A DNA stretch of 64,000 bases from Eledone cirrhosa (lineage: Eukaryota): positions 125,054,001-125,118,000 of the forward strand of contig OZ024744.1 in the NCBI GenBank assembly GCA_964016885.1, read 5' to 3'. A program made the position numbers and the translations under genes. Shown piece by piece: positions 10,201 to 22,000 of the stretch (position 1 is the stretch's first letter; each line of letters opens with the position of its first letter). The notes below the pieces were generated by a model. It ran no database searches, had not been told where the DNA came from, and saw only the letters and a list, made by a program, of their open reading frames with translations.

Positions 10201-13200
10201 TTTTACTATGATTGTTGCAAAACAGAAACTTAAAGGGATTGACAGAATTTGCGATTACGGAGAGGGGGCGATCCGACTGCTTGATTCCGATAACGAACGA
10301 GACATTCGTATCCGAAAGAACGTTTGTCTGGAAACTGGTGAGTCAGTGAGTCGAAAAAAAAATATCTCGTTGGTAGTGGCAAATATTCGAACGAGACATT
10401 CGTATGCGAAAGAACGTTTGTCGGTGGTAGTAGCAAATATTCGAACGAGACATTCGTATGCGAAAGAACGTTTGTCTGGAAGTGGCGATCCATGCCCGGT
10501 GGATAGTTGGTTCCGGGTTTTACTATGATTGTTGCAAAACAGAAACTTAAAGGGATTGACAGAATTTGCGATTACGGAGAGGGGGCGATCCGTCTGCTTG
10601 ATTCCGATAACGAACGAGACATTCGTATCCGAAAGAACGTTTGTCTGGAAACTGGTGAGTCAGTGAGTCGAAAAAAAAATATCTCGGTGGTAGTAGCAAA
10701 TATTCGAACGAGACATTCGTATGCGAAAGAACGTTTGTCGGTGGTAGTAGCAAATATTCGAACGAGACATTCGTATGCGAAAGAACGTTTGTCTGGAAGT
10801 GGCGATCCATGCCCGGTGGATAGTTGGTTCCGGGTTTTACTATGATTGTTGCAAAACAGAAACTTAAAGGGATTGACAGAATTTGCGATTACGGAGAGGG
10901 GGCGATCCGTCTGCTTGATTCCGATAACGAACGAGACATTCGTATCCGAAAGAACGTTTGTCTGGAAACTGGTGAGTCAGTGAGTCGAAAAAAAAATATC
11001 TCGGTGGTAGTAGCAAATATTCGAACGAGACATTCGTATGCGAAAGAACGTGTGTCGGTGGTAGTAGCAAATATTCGAACGAGACATTCGTATGCGAAAG
11101 AACGTTTGTCTGGAAGTGGCGATCCATGCTCGGTGGATAGTTGGTTCCGGGTTTTACTATGATTGTTGCAAAACAGAAACTTAAAGGGATTGACAGAATT
11201 TGCGATTCCGGAGAGGGGGCGATCCGTCTGCTTGATTCCGATAACGAACGAGACATTCGTATCCGAAAGAACGTTTGTCTGGAAACTGGTGAGTCAGTGA
11301 GTCGAAAAAAAAATATCTCGGTGGTAGTAGCAAATATTCGAACGAGACATTCGTATGCGAAAGAACGTTTGTCGGTGGTAGTAGCAAATATTCGAACGAG
11401 ACATTCGTATGCGAAAGAACGTTTGTCGGTGGTAGTAGCAAATATTCGAACGAGACATTCGTATGCGAAAGAACGTTTGTCTGGAAGTGGCGATCCATGC
11501 CCGGTGGATAGTTGGTTCCGGGTTTTACTATGATTGTTGCAAAACAGAAACTTAAAGGGATTGACAGAATTTGCGATTCCGGAGAGAGGGCGATCCGTCT
11601 GCTTGATTCCGATAACGAACGAGACATTCGTATCCGAGAGAACGTTTGTCTGGAAACTGGTGAGTCAGTGAGTCGAAAAAAAAATATCTCGGTGGTAGTA
11701 GCAAATATTCGAACGAGACATTCGTATGCGAAAGAAAAATATCTCGGTGGTAGTAGCAAATATTCGAACGAGACATTCGTATGCGAAAGAACGTTTGTCT
11801 GGAAGTGGCGATCCATGCCCGGTGGATAGTTGGTTCCGGGTTTTACTATGATTGTTGCAAAACAGAAACTTAAAGGGATTGACAGAATTTGCCATTCCGG
11901 AGAGGGGGCGATCCGTCTGCTTGATTCCGATAACGAACGAGACATTCGTATCCGAAAGAACGTTTGTCTGGAAACTGGTGAGTCAGTGAGTCGAAAAAAA
12001 AATATCTCGGTGGTAGTAGCAAATATTCGAACGAGACATTCGTATGCGAAAGAACGTTTGTCTGGAAGTGGCGATCCATGCTCGGTGGATAGTTGGTTCC
12101 GGGTTTTACTATGATTGTTGCAAAACAGAAACTTAAAGGGATTGACAGAATTTGCGATTCCGGAGAGGGGGCGATCCGTCTGCTTGATTCCGATAACGAA
12201 CGAGACATTCGTATCCGAAAGAACGTTTGTCTGGAAACTGGTGAGTCAGTGAGTCGAAAAAAAAATATCTCGGTGGTAGTAGCAAATATTCGAACGAGAC
12301 ATTCGTATGCGAAAGAACGTTTGTCTGGAAGTGGCGATCCATGCCCGGTGGATAGTTGGTTCCGGGTTTTACTATGATTGTTGCAAAACAAAAACTTAAA
12401 GGGATTGACAGAATTTGCGATTCCGGAGAGAGGGCGATCCGTCTGCTTGATTCCGATAACGAACGAGACATTCGTATCCGAAAGAACGTTTGTCTGGAAA
12501 CTGGTGAGTCAGTGAGTCGAAAAAAAAATATCTCGGTGGTAGTAGCAAATATTCGAACGAGACATTCGTATGCGAAAGAACGTTTGTCGGTGGTAGTAGC
12601 AAATATTCGAACGAGACATTCGTATGCGAAAGAACGTTTGTCTGGAAGTGGCGATCCATGCCCGGTGGATAGTTGGTTCCGGGTTTTACTATGATTGTTG
12701 CAAAACAGAAACTTAAAGGGATTGACAGAATTTGCGATTACGGAGAGGGGGCGATCCGACTGCTTGATTCCGATAACGAACGAGACATTCGTATCCGAAA
12801 GAACGTTTGTCTGGAAACTGGTGAGTCAGTGAGTCGAAAAAAAAATATCTCGTTGGTAGTGGCAAATATTCGAACGAGACATTCGTATGCGAAAGAACGT
12901 TTGTCGGTGGTAGTAGCAAATATTCGAACGAGACATTCGTATGCGAAAGAACGTTTGTCTGGAAGTGGCGATCCATGCCCGGTGGATAGTTGGTTCCGGG
13001 TTTTACTATGATTGTTGCAAAACAGAAACTTAAAGGGATTGACAGAATTTGCGATTACGGAGAGGGGGCGATCCGTCTGCTTGATTCCGATAACGAACGA
13101 GACATTCGTATCCGAAAGAACGTTTGTCTGGAAACTGGTGAGTCAGTGAGTCGAAAAAAAAATATCTCGGTGGTAGTAGCAAATATTCGAACGAGACATT

Positions 13201-16200
13201 CGTATGCGAAAGAACGTTTGTCGGTGGTAGTAGCAAATATTCGAACGAGACATTCGTATGCGAAAGAACGTTTGTCTGGAAGTGGCGATCCATGCCCGGT
13301 GGATAGTTGGTTCCGGGTTTTACTATGATTGTTGCAAAACAGAAACTTAAAGGGATTGACAGAATTTGCGATTACGGAGAGGGGGCGATCCGTCTGCTTG
13401 ATTCCGATAACGAACGAGACATTCGTATCCGAAAGAACGTTTGTCTGGAAACTGGTGAGTCAGTGAGTCGAAAAAAAAATATCTCGGTGGTAGTAGCAAA
13501 TATTCGAACGAGACATTCGTATGCGAAAGAACGTGTGTCGGTGGTAGTAGCAAATATTCGAACGAGACATTCGTATGCGAAAGAACGTTTGTCTGGAAGT
13601 GGCGATCCATGCTCGGTGGATAGTTGGTTCCGGGTTTTACTATGATTGTTGCAAAACAGAAACTTAAAGGGATTGACAGAATTTGCGATTCCGGAGAGGG
13701 GGCGATCCGTCTGCTTGATTCCGATAACGAACGAGACATTCGTATCCGAAAGAACGTTTGTCTGGAAACTGGTGAGTCAGTGAGTCGAAAAAAAAATATC
13801 TCGGTGGTAGTAGCAAATATTCGAACGAGACATTCGTATGCGAAAGAACGTTTGTCGGTGGTAGTAGCAAATATTCGAACGAGACATTCGTATGCGAAAG
13901 AACGTTTGTCGGTGGTAGTAGCAAATATTCGAACGAGACATTCGTATGCGAAAGAACGTTTGTCTGGAAGTGGCGATCCATGCCCGGTGGATAGTTGGTT
14001 CCGGGTTTTACTATGATTGTTGCAAAACAGAAACTTAAAGGGATTGACAGAATTTGCGATTCCGGAGAGAGGGCGATCCGTCTGCTTGATTCCGATAACG
14101 AACGAGACATTCGTATCCGAGAGAACGTTTGTCTGGAAACTGGTGAGTCAGTGAGTCGAAAAAAAAATATCTCGGTGGTAGTAGCAAATATTCGAACGAG
14201 ACATTCGTATGCGAAAGAAAAATATCTCGGTGGTAGTAGCAAATATTCGAACGAGACATTCGTATGCGAAAGAACGTTTGTCTGGAAGTGGCGATCCATG
14301 CCCGGTGGATAGTTGGTTCCGGGTTTTACTATGATTGTTGCAAAACAGAAACTTAAAGGGATTGACAGAATTTGCCATTCCGGAGAGGGGGCGATCCGTC
14401 TGCTTGATTCCGATAACGAACGAGACATTCGTATCCGAAAGAACGTTTGTCTGGAAACTGGTGAGTCAGTGAGTCGAAAAAAAAATATCTCGGTGGTAGT
14501 AGCAAATATTCGAACGAGACATTCGTATGCGAAAGAACGTTTGTCTGGAAGTGGCGATCCATGCTCGGTGGATAGTTGGTTCCGGGTTTTACTATGATTG
14601 TTGCAAAACAGAAACTTAAAGGGATTGACAGAATTTGCGATTCCGGAGAGGGGGCGATCCGTCTGCTTGATTCCGATAACGAACGAGACATTCGTATCCG
14701 AAAGAACGTTTGTCTGGAAACTGGTGAGTCAGTGAGTCGAAAAAAAAATATCTCGGTGGTAGTAGCAAATATTCGTATGCGAAAGAAAAGATCTCGGTGG
14801 TAGTAGCAAATATTCGAACGAGACATTCGTAGGCGAAAGAAAAATATCTCGGTGGTAGTAGCAAATATTCGAACGAGACATTCGTATTCGAAAGAACGTT
14901 TGTCTGGAAGTTGCGATCCATGCCCGGTGGATAGTTGGTTCCGGGCTTTACTATGATTGTTGCAAAACAGAAACTTAAAGGGATTGACAGAATTTGCGAT
15001 TCCGGAGAGGGGGCGATCCGTCTGCTTGATTTCGATAACGAACGAGACATTCGTATCCGAAAGAACGTTTGTCTGGAAACTGGTGAGTCAGTGAGTCGAA
15101 AAAAAAAATATCTCGGTGGTAGTAGCAAATATTCGAACGAGACATTCGTATGCGAAAGAACGTTTGTCGGTGGTAGTAGCAAATATTCGAACGAGACATT
15201 CGTATGCGAAAGAACGTTTGTCGGTGGTAGTAGCAAATATTCGAACGAGACATTCGTATGCGAAAGAACGTTTGTCTGGAAGTGGCGATCCATGCCCGGT
15301 GGATAGTTGGTTCCGGGTTTTACTATGATTGTTGCAAAACAGAAACTTAAAGGGATTGACAGAATTTGCGATTCCAGAGAGAGGGCGATCCGTCTGCTTG
15401 ATTCCGATAACGAACGAGACATTCGTATCCGAAAGAACGTTTGTCTGGAAACTGGTGAGTCAGTGAGTCGAAAAAAAAATATCTCGGTGGTAGTAGCAAA
15501 TATTCGAACGAGACATTCGTATGCGAAAGAACGTTTGTCTGGAAGTGGCGATCCATGCTCGGTGGATAGTTGGTTCCGGGTTTTACTATGATTGTTGCAA
15601 AACAGAAACTTAAAGGGATTGACAGAATTTGCGATTCCGGAGAGGGGGCGATCCGTCTGCTTGATTCCGATAACGAACGAGACATTCGTATCCGAAAGAA
15701 CGTTTGTCTGGAAACTGGTGAGTCAGTGAGTCGAAAAAAAAATATCTCGGTGGTAGTAGCAAATATTCGAACGAGACATTCGTATGCGAAAGAACGTTTG
15801 TCGGTGGTAGTAGCAAATATTCGAACGAGACATTCGTATGCGAAAGAACGTTTGTCTGGAAGTGGCGATCCATGCCCGGTGGATAGTTGGTTCCGGGTTT
15901 TACTATGATTGTTGCAAAACAGAAACTTAAAGGGATTGACAGAATTTGCGATTCCGGAGAGGGGGCGATCCGTCTGCTTGATTCCGATAACGAACGAGAC
16001 ATTCGTATCCGAAAGAACGTTTGTCTGGAAACTGGTGAGTCGAAAAAAAAATATCTCGGTGGTAGTAGCAAATATTCGAACGAGACATTCGTAGGCGAAA
16101 GAAAAATATCTCGGTGGTAGTAGCAAATATTCGAACGAGACATTCGTATGCGAAAGAACGTTTGTCGGTGGTAGTAGCAAATATTCGAACGAGACATTCG

Positions 16201-17040
16201 TATGCGAAAGAACGTTTGTCTGGAAGTGGCGATCCATGCCCGGTGGATAGTTGGTTCCGGGTTTTACTATGATTGTTGCAAAACAGAAACTTAAAGGGAT
16301 TGACAGAATTTGCGATTCCGGAGAGAGGGCGATCCGTCTGCTTGATTCCGATAACGAACGAGACATTCGTATCCGAAAGAACGTTTGTCTGGAAACTGGT
16401 GAGTCAGTGAGTCGAAAAAAAAATATCTCGGTGGTAGTAGCAAATATTCGAACGAGACATTCGTATGCGAAAGAACGTTTGTCGGTGGTAGTAGCAAATA
16501 TTCGAACGAGACATTCGTATGCGAAAGAACGTTTGTCTGGAAGTGGCGATCCATGCTCGGTGGATAGTTGGTTCCGGGTTTTACTATGATTGTTGCAAAA
16601 CAGAAACTTAAAGGGATTGACAGAATTTGCGATTCCAGAGAGGGGGCGATCCGTCTGCTTGATTCCGATAACGAACGAGACATTCGTATCCGAAAGAACG
16701 TTTGTCTGGAAACTGGTGAGTCAGTGAGTCGAAAAAAAAATATCTCGGTGGTAGTAGCAAATATTCGTATGCGAAAGAAAAGATCTCGGTGGTAGTAGCA
16801 AATATTCGAACGAGACATTCGTATGCGAAAGAAAAGATCTCGGTGGTAGTAGCAAATATTCGAACGAGACATTCGTATGCGAAAGAACGTTTGTCGGTGG
16901 TAGTAGCAAATATTCGAACGAGACATTCGTATTCGAAAGAACGTTTGTCTGGAAGTTGCGATCCATGCCCGGTGGATAGTTGGTTCCGGGCTTTACTATG
17001 ATTGTTGCAAAACAGAAACTTAAAGGAATTGACAGAATTT
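7201..17040 (+). repeat. rRNA-mosaic satellite, ~30 monomers of 263-468 bp (209 bp core + n x 54 bp subrepeat)
   Basis: Monomer starts at 7458, 7926, 8243, 8560 ... 16568, 16980. Contains 18S motifs gaaacttaaagg(g/a)attgac, gattccggagaggg and gattccgataacgaacgagac, plus the 28S motif atctcggtggtagtagcaaatattc. Confidence 0.95.
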
Positions 17041-17054
17041 TCGAATCGACATCA

Positions 17055-17420
17055 ACTCGGCTACGGCTATCCCGTCGAGTACGAGAGTATCGCGGGATCA
17101 GAGCAACGGTTTGCTAGGCTGCCTCTGAGCGATAACGGCTGAACGCCTCCTCTAAGCCGGAACCCTAGCCGGACCCGAGTTGTTTTTCGACAAGCGTCTC
17201 GACCTTCTTAAGGCCCATGCCTTAGTTTGGCGATTGCCGTCCGTTCGCCGACGGCGGCAGCGTCAGCGGAAATGCCATTCTGTGACGACTACGACGATTC
17301 GTCGTCGTCGTCGTCCATTCGATTTCCTGAAAGAGATAGAGACTAAAGTGATCAAATTGTTCGGAGTTACGTGCTTAGTAGAGCAGCTACCACACTGCAA
17401 TCTATTGAGAGTTTTCTGAC
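17055..17420 (+). pseudogene. Degenerate 28S rRNA 3' end
   Basis: Sarcin-ricin-loop-like agtacgagag at 17078-17087, gataacggctgaacgcctc(ct)ctaagcc, and tagtagagcagctaccacactgcaatctattgagagt, in canonical 28S order. Confidence 0.85.
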
Positions 17421-17806
17421 GAACGATACAATCCGCCCACGTGGCGCCAGAAAGGGAGAAGAAAAGAAAAGTTAGACGCCGCCGATCGATCGGTTCGTTG
17501 TTTTACGTGTACACAGCTTGTGTGTGTGTCTGTATGTGATACAAGCCGCCTATCCGTCTTCCAAGTAAGTTTTGTGTGTAGACTGCGGAAAGAAATCCAA
17601 TCCGCCGTCTAGGCGGTTCTGCCGCCGACCCATACTTTTGCGAGTCGCTCCCGGGAAAGACAGGCGGCAAGACGGCGTGTATACACGACGCCTTCCGTCT
17701 TCCGCCTCGAACCCGGGCAAACGTTCCTTTATTCGTCCACGCCTTCCCGCTTCGATCGCGAGAAAGTAATCAATCTGTTTTGTGTGTGTGTCTGTGTGTG
17801 ATACAA
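17421..17806 (+). other. CpG-rich sequence downstream of 28S, possible 3' ETS/IGS relic
   Basis: High GC/CpG content in an AT-rich background. Direct repeat ttgtgtgtgtgtctgt(a/g)tgtgatacaa at ~17518 and ~17780. Confidence 0.4.
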
Positions 17807-18157
17807 ATTTGTTTTCTTAATTTGATAACCATGAATTGTTTCAACACCGGCCCTTTTAAGGGCCACTTATATTTTCAATAATCAGTTTAAATGGGTTGCA
17901 CCGTAGCCACTTGGTAATACACTGCAAATCTCCCGTCAATCTATGAAGGTTTTGTAGTAGATTAGATCAAAACACAATCAGCAAGACAGTAATGGAATGA
18001 ATAATATAAACATTTGTTTATAATTAAAGCCTTAAGATGTCCCTCCCTCCCTCCCTTCCTTCCTTCCTTCCTTCCTTCCTTCCTTCCTTACGATATACAC
18101 TTTAATAACATTGAAACTTATTTAATAAGTTTAAATTTTAAACACTTTTTATTCAGA

Positions 18158-18290
18158 CGTACCGCGATAAGTAACTAGATATGTTCTAACGAATAATCCG
18201 CGATGTGGCGAGGATTACCGCGATAGGAAATTAGATACGTTCCAAAGAAATATCCGCGAAAAGTGAACCGCGATATAGCGGGTTCACCAG
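18158..18290. mobile_element. Possible Tigger/pogo-like MITE end
   Basis: Five (a/t)ccgcga motifs ending in gtgaaccgcgatatagcgg, reminiscent of Tigger-type subterminal repeats (recalled, not verified). Confidence 0.4.
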
Positions 18291-18350
18291 CCAGTGTATT
18301 ACTGGTACTTTATTTTATCGACCCCCATAAGGATGAAAGGCAAAGTTAAC
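18290..18350 (-). mobile_element. SINE fragment (copy at ~49741-49801)
   Basis: Reverse complement of gttaactttgcctttcatccttatgggggtcgataaaataaagtaccagt. Confidence 0.8.
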
Positions 18351-18446
18351 TGTGCAATAACAAAGGGAGATAACCTCGTCTTTTTTTTTTTACGGAGTTA
18401 TTTCCCTTTAAATTTTATCTATTACTTATGATGATACAATTTAATC

Positions 18447-18576
18447 AGTTCTTAGCTGTCGAGACACTGCATCCTTTAAAACCTCCATGGAACAAGCTAC
18501 CTGCAACAGTTGTTAGCTGTCGAGACACTGCATCTTTTAAAACCTCCATGGAACAAACTACCTGCATCAGTTGTTA
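18447..18576. repeat. 61 bp tandem duplication
   Basis: ttagctgtcgagacactgcatc at 18452 and 18513. Confidence 0.9.
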
Positions 18577-18578
18577 GG

Positions 18579-18635
18579 GTCTGAGTTCAAATCACGCCGA
18601 GGAGGTTAACTTTGCCTTTCATCCTTACGGGGTCG
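18579..18635 (+). mobile_element. SINE fragment with B-box-like GAGTTCAAAT (copy at ~50030-50086)
   Basis: gtctgagttcaaatcacgccgaggaggttaactttgcctttcatccttacggggtcg matches the SINE at 27769. Confidence 0.8.
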
Positions 18636-18846
18636 GTCGGAAAACGAACCATTCCCGGTTCGCTTTCGAAGCGGGTTTCCGAAAACAGCGCTTCTCTCGA
18701 CCGGGCCCGTCGTCCGCTCGGCGGTGGTTTTCATCGTCCCAGGCACGGCTAACAGGCGGAGACGGGACAAACGCGCGTGTTCCTTTTTTTTATCAGCCGC
18801 AGCGCCGTTCGTATATATGCTTAGGTTGTTTTTTTTTTAAATATCC

Positions 18847-19078
18847 TAAGTTAAGTTGGGGCTAAGTTAAGTTGGGGCTAAGTTAAGTTGAGGTTAAGTT
18901 GAGTTGGGGTTAAGTTAAGTGGGGGTTAAGTTAAGCTGGGGTTAAGTTAAGTTGAGGTTAAGTTAAGTTGGGGTTAAGTCAAGTTGGGGTTAAGTTAAGT
19001 TGGGGTTAAGTTAGGTTGGGGTTAAGTTAGGTTGGGGTTAAGTTAAGTTGGGGTTAAGTTAGGTTGCGGTTAAGTTAC
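18847..19078 (+). repeat. G-rich 16 bp minisatellite (TTAAGTTAAGTTGGGG)n, ~14 units (copy at ~50298-50529)
   Basis: Read directly. Most units contain a G4 run. Confidence 0.95.
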
Positions 19079-22000
19079 ATTCGCCGCCGGACTTCAGCTT
19101 CCTCATTTAGCATGGGCAGTTTTTCGTGAAAATCACACCACACACAGCAAATGTGTGTCCGCACATGTACCAGTAATTACAGATCGATTCCGGTGAAAAT
19201 TCACTGAAAACGGGCCATCCGGCCCTGTGCGTCGATCGTGGGCCGGCCGGATGTTGACGGATCGATGTGTAATTAGAAGTACATGTGCGGACACTCATTG
19301 GCTGTGCGTGGTATGCATTTCAGCAAGATATCTCCGTAACATCAAGAGTTATGGCTGTGGAGGCACACCTAGTCAAACGTAAACAAGGTCTGGAGCGTTT
19401 ACGCTTCGCGATTTTGTTTACGTTTGACTAGGTGTGCCTCCACAGCCACAACTCTTGATGTTACGGAGATATCTTGCTGAAATGCATACCGCGCACAGCC
19501 AATGAGTGTCCGCACATGTACTTCTAATTACACATCGATCCGTCAACATCCGGCCGGCCCACGATCGACGCACAGGGCCGGATGGCCCGTTTTCAGTGAA
19601 TTTTCACCGGAATCGATCTGTAATTACTGGTACATGTGCGGAGACACATTTGCTGTGTGTGGTGTGATTTTCAAGAAAAACTGCCCATGCTAAATGAGGA
19701 AGCTGAAGTCCGCCGGCGAATGGTGTGCTTCGAAGAAAACTAATTCGAAAATGACCGTTTGCAGGCGGAGTAACCTTTTCGATCGTGGGCCAGCCGCCCG
19801 TGGTGGGATCCATCTGTAATTACTGGTACATGTGCGGACATACATTTGCTGTGTGTGGTGTGATTTTCAAGAAGAACTGCCCATGCTAAATGAGGAAGCT
19901 GAAGTCCGCCGGCGAATGGTGTGCTTCGAAGAAAACTAATTCGAAAATGACCGTTTGCAGGCGGGGTAACCTTTTCGATCGTGGGCCAGCCGCCCGTGGT
20001 GGGATCCATCTGTAATTACTGGTACATGTGCGGACACACATTTGCTGTGTGTGGTGTGATTTTCGAGAAAGACTGCCCATGCTAAATGAGGAAGCTGAAG
20101 TCCGCCGGCGAATGGTGTGCTTCGAAGAAAACTAATTCGAAAATGACTATTTGCCGGCGGAATCACCTTTTCGGTCCTGGTCCGGCCGGATCTTGCCGGA
20201 TCGATCGGAAATTTGTGGACCATGTTCGGAAGGCCATTGTGCATGTGTGGTGAAAAAAATTTGTGTCGAAATCTTCTCGGAAAATAACGGATCGCCGGCG
20301 GAGATTGCCATTTCGATCGTGGGCCGGCCGGATCTTGTCGGATCGATTCGGACATATGTGCATCGTGTTCGCAAGGCCCTTGTCTATGTGTGGTGTGATT
20401 TTCATAAAGAAATTCCGAAAAACCCAGTTTTAAATCTGATTTCGCCAAAGAATTTTGGCTATCAGATCGGGTTGAAAGGTATGGTTTCAGGTCGATCTGA
20501 AAGTCTAAAATGGAATTCACTCGGTTAGCTAACTTTTGATATATCGGAGATATCTTTCTGAAAATCACACCACACACTCCCAATGAGTGTCTGCAAATGT
20601 ACCAGTAATTACAGATGGATCCCACCACGGGCGGCCGGCCCACGATCGAAAAGGTTACTCCGAAGCACACCATTCGCCGGCGGAATTCATTTACCATGGG
20701 CAGTTTTTCTCGAAAATCACACCACACACAGCCAATGAGTGTCCGCACATGTACCAGTAATTACAGATGGATCCCACCACGGGCGGCTGGCCCACGATCG
20801 AAAAGGTTACTCCGCCTGCAAACGGTCATTTCGAATTCGTTTTCTTCGAAGCACACGATTCGCCGGCGGACTTCAGCTGCCTCATTTAGCATGGGCAGTT
20901 TTTCTCGAAAATCACACCACACACAGCAAATGTGTGTCCGCACATGTACCAGTAATTACAGATCGATTCCGGTGAAAATTCACTGAAAACGGGCCATTCG
21001 GCCCTGTGCGTCGATCGTGGGCCGGCCGGATGTTGACGGATCGATGTGTAATTAGAAGTACATGTGCGAACACTCATTGGCTGTGCGTGGTATGCATTTC
21101 AGCAAGATATCTCCGTAACATCAAGAGTTATGGCTGTGGAGGCACACCTAGTCAAACGTAAACAAGCTCTGGAGCGTATACGCTTCGCGATTTTGTTTAC
21201 GTTTGACTAGGTGTGCCTCCACAGCCACAACTCTTGATGTTACGGAGATATCTTGCTGAAATGCATACCACGCACAGCCAATGAGTGTCCGCACATGTAC
21301 TTCTAATTACACATCGATCCGTCAACATCCGGCCGGCCCACGATCGACGCACAGGGCCGGATGGCCCGTTTGCAGTGAATTTTCACCGGAATCGATCTGT
21401 AATTACTGGTACATGTGCGGACACACATTTGCTGTGTGTGGTGTGATTTTCACGAAAAACTGCCCATGCTAAATGAGGAAGCTGAAGTCCGCCGGCGAAT
21501 GGTGTCCTTCGAAGAAAACTAATTCGAAAATGACCGTTTGCAGGCGGAGTAACCTTTTCGATCGTGGGCCAGCCGCCCGTGGTGGGATACATCTGTAATT
21601 ACTGGTACATGTGCGGACACACATTTGCTGTGTGTGGTGTGATTTTCGAGAAAGACTGCCCATGCTAAATGAGGAAGCTGAAGTCCGCCGGCGAATGGTG
21701 TGCTTCGAAGAAAACTAATTCGAAAATGACTATTTGCCGGCGGAATCACCTTTTCGGTCCTGGTCCGGCCGGATCTTGCCGGATCGATCGGAAATTTGTG
21801 GACCATGTTCGGAAGGCCATTGTGCATGTGTGGTGAAAAAAATTTGTGTCGAAATCTTCTCGGAAAATAACGGATCGCCGGCGGAGATTGCCATTTCGAT
21901 CGTGGGCCGGCCGGATCTTGTCGGATCGATTCGGACATATGTGCATCGTGTTCGCAAGGCCCTTGTCTATGTGTGGTGTGATTTTCATAAAGAAATTCCG

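Noticed and set aside
7065-17001. Many ORFs up to 427 aa (MVPGFTMIVAK..., MSRSLSES...) here and at 41166-48417
   Set aside because: They are by-products of the satellite. Frames shift with A-run length, many starts are TTG/GTG, and the sequence is rRNA-derived.
7310-17040. CRISPR-like appearance of recurring ~30 nt motifs
   Set aside because: The intervening sequences are also repeated, so there are no unique spacers. No cas genes; eukaryotic context.
7015-17420. Functional rRNA operon
   Set aside because: Only ~185 nt of 18S is collinear, no 5.8S was seen, and the sarcin-ricin loop is altered (agtacgagagtatc).
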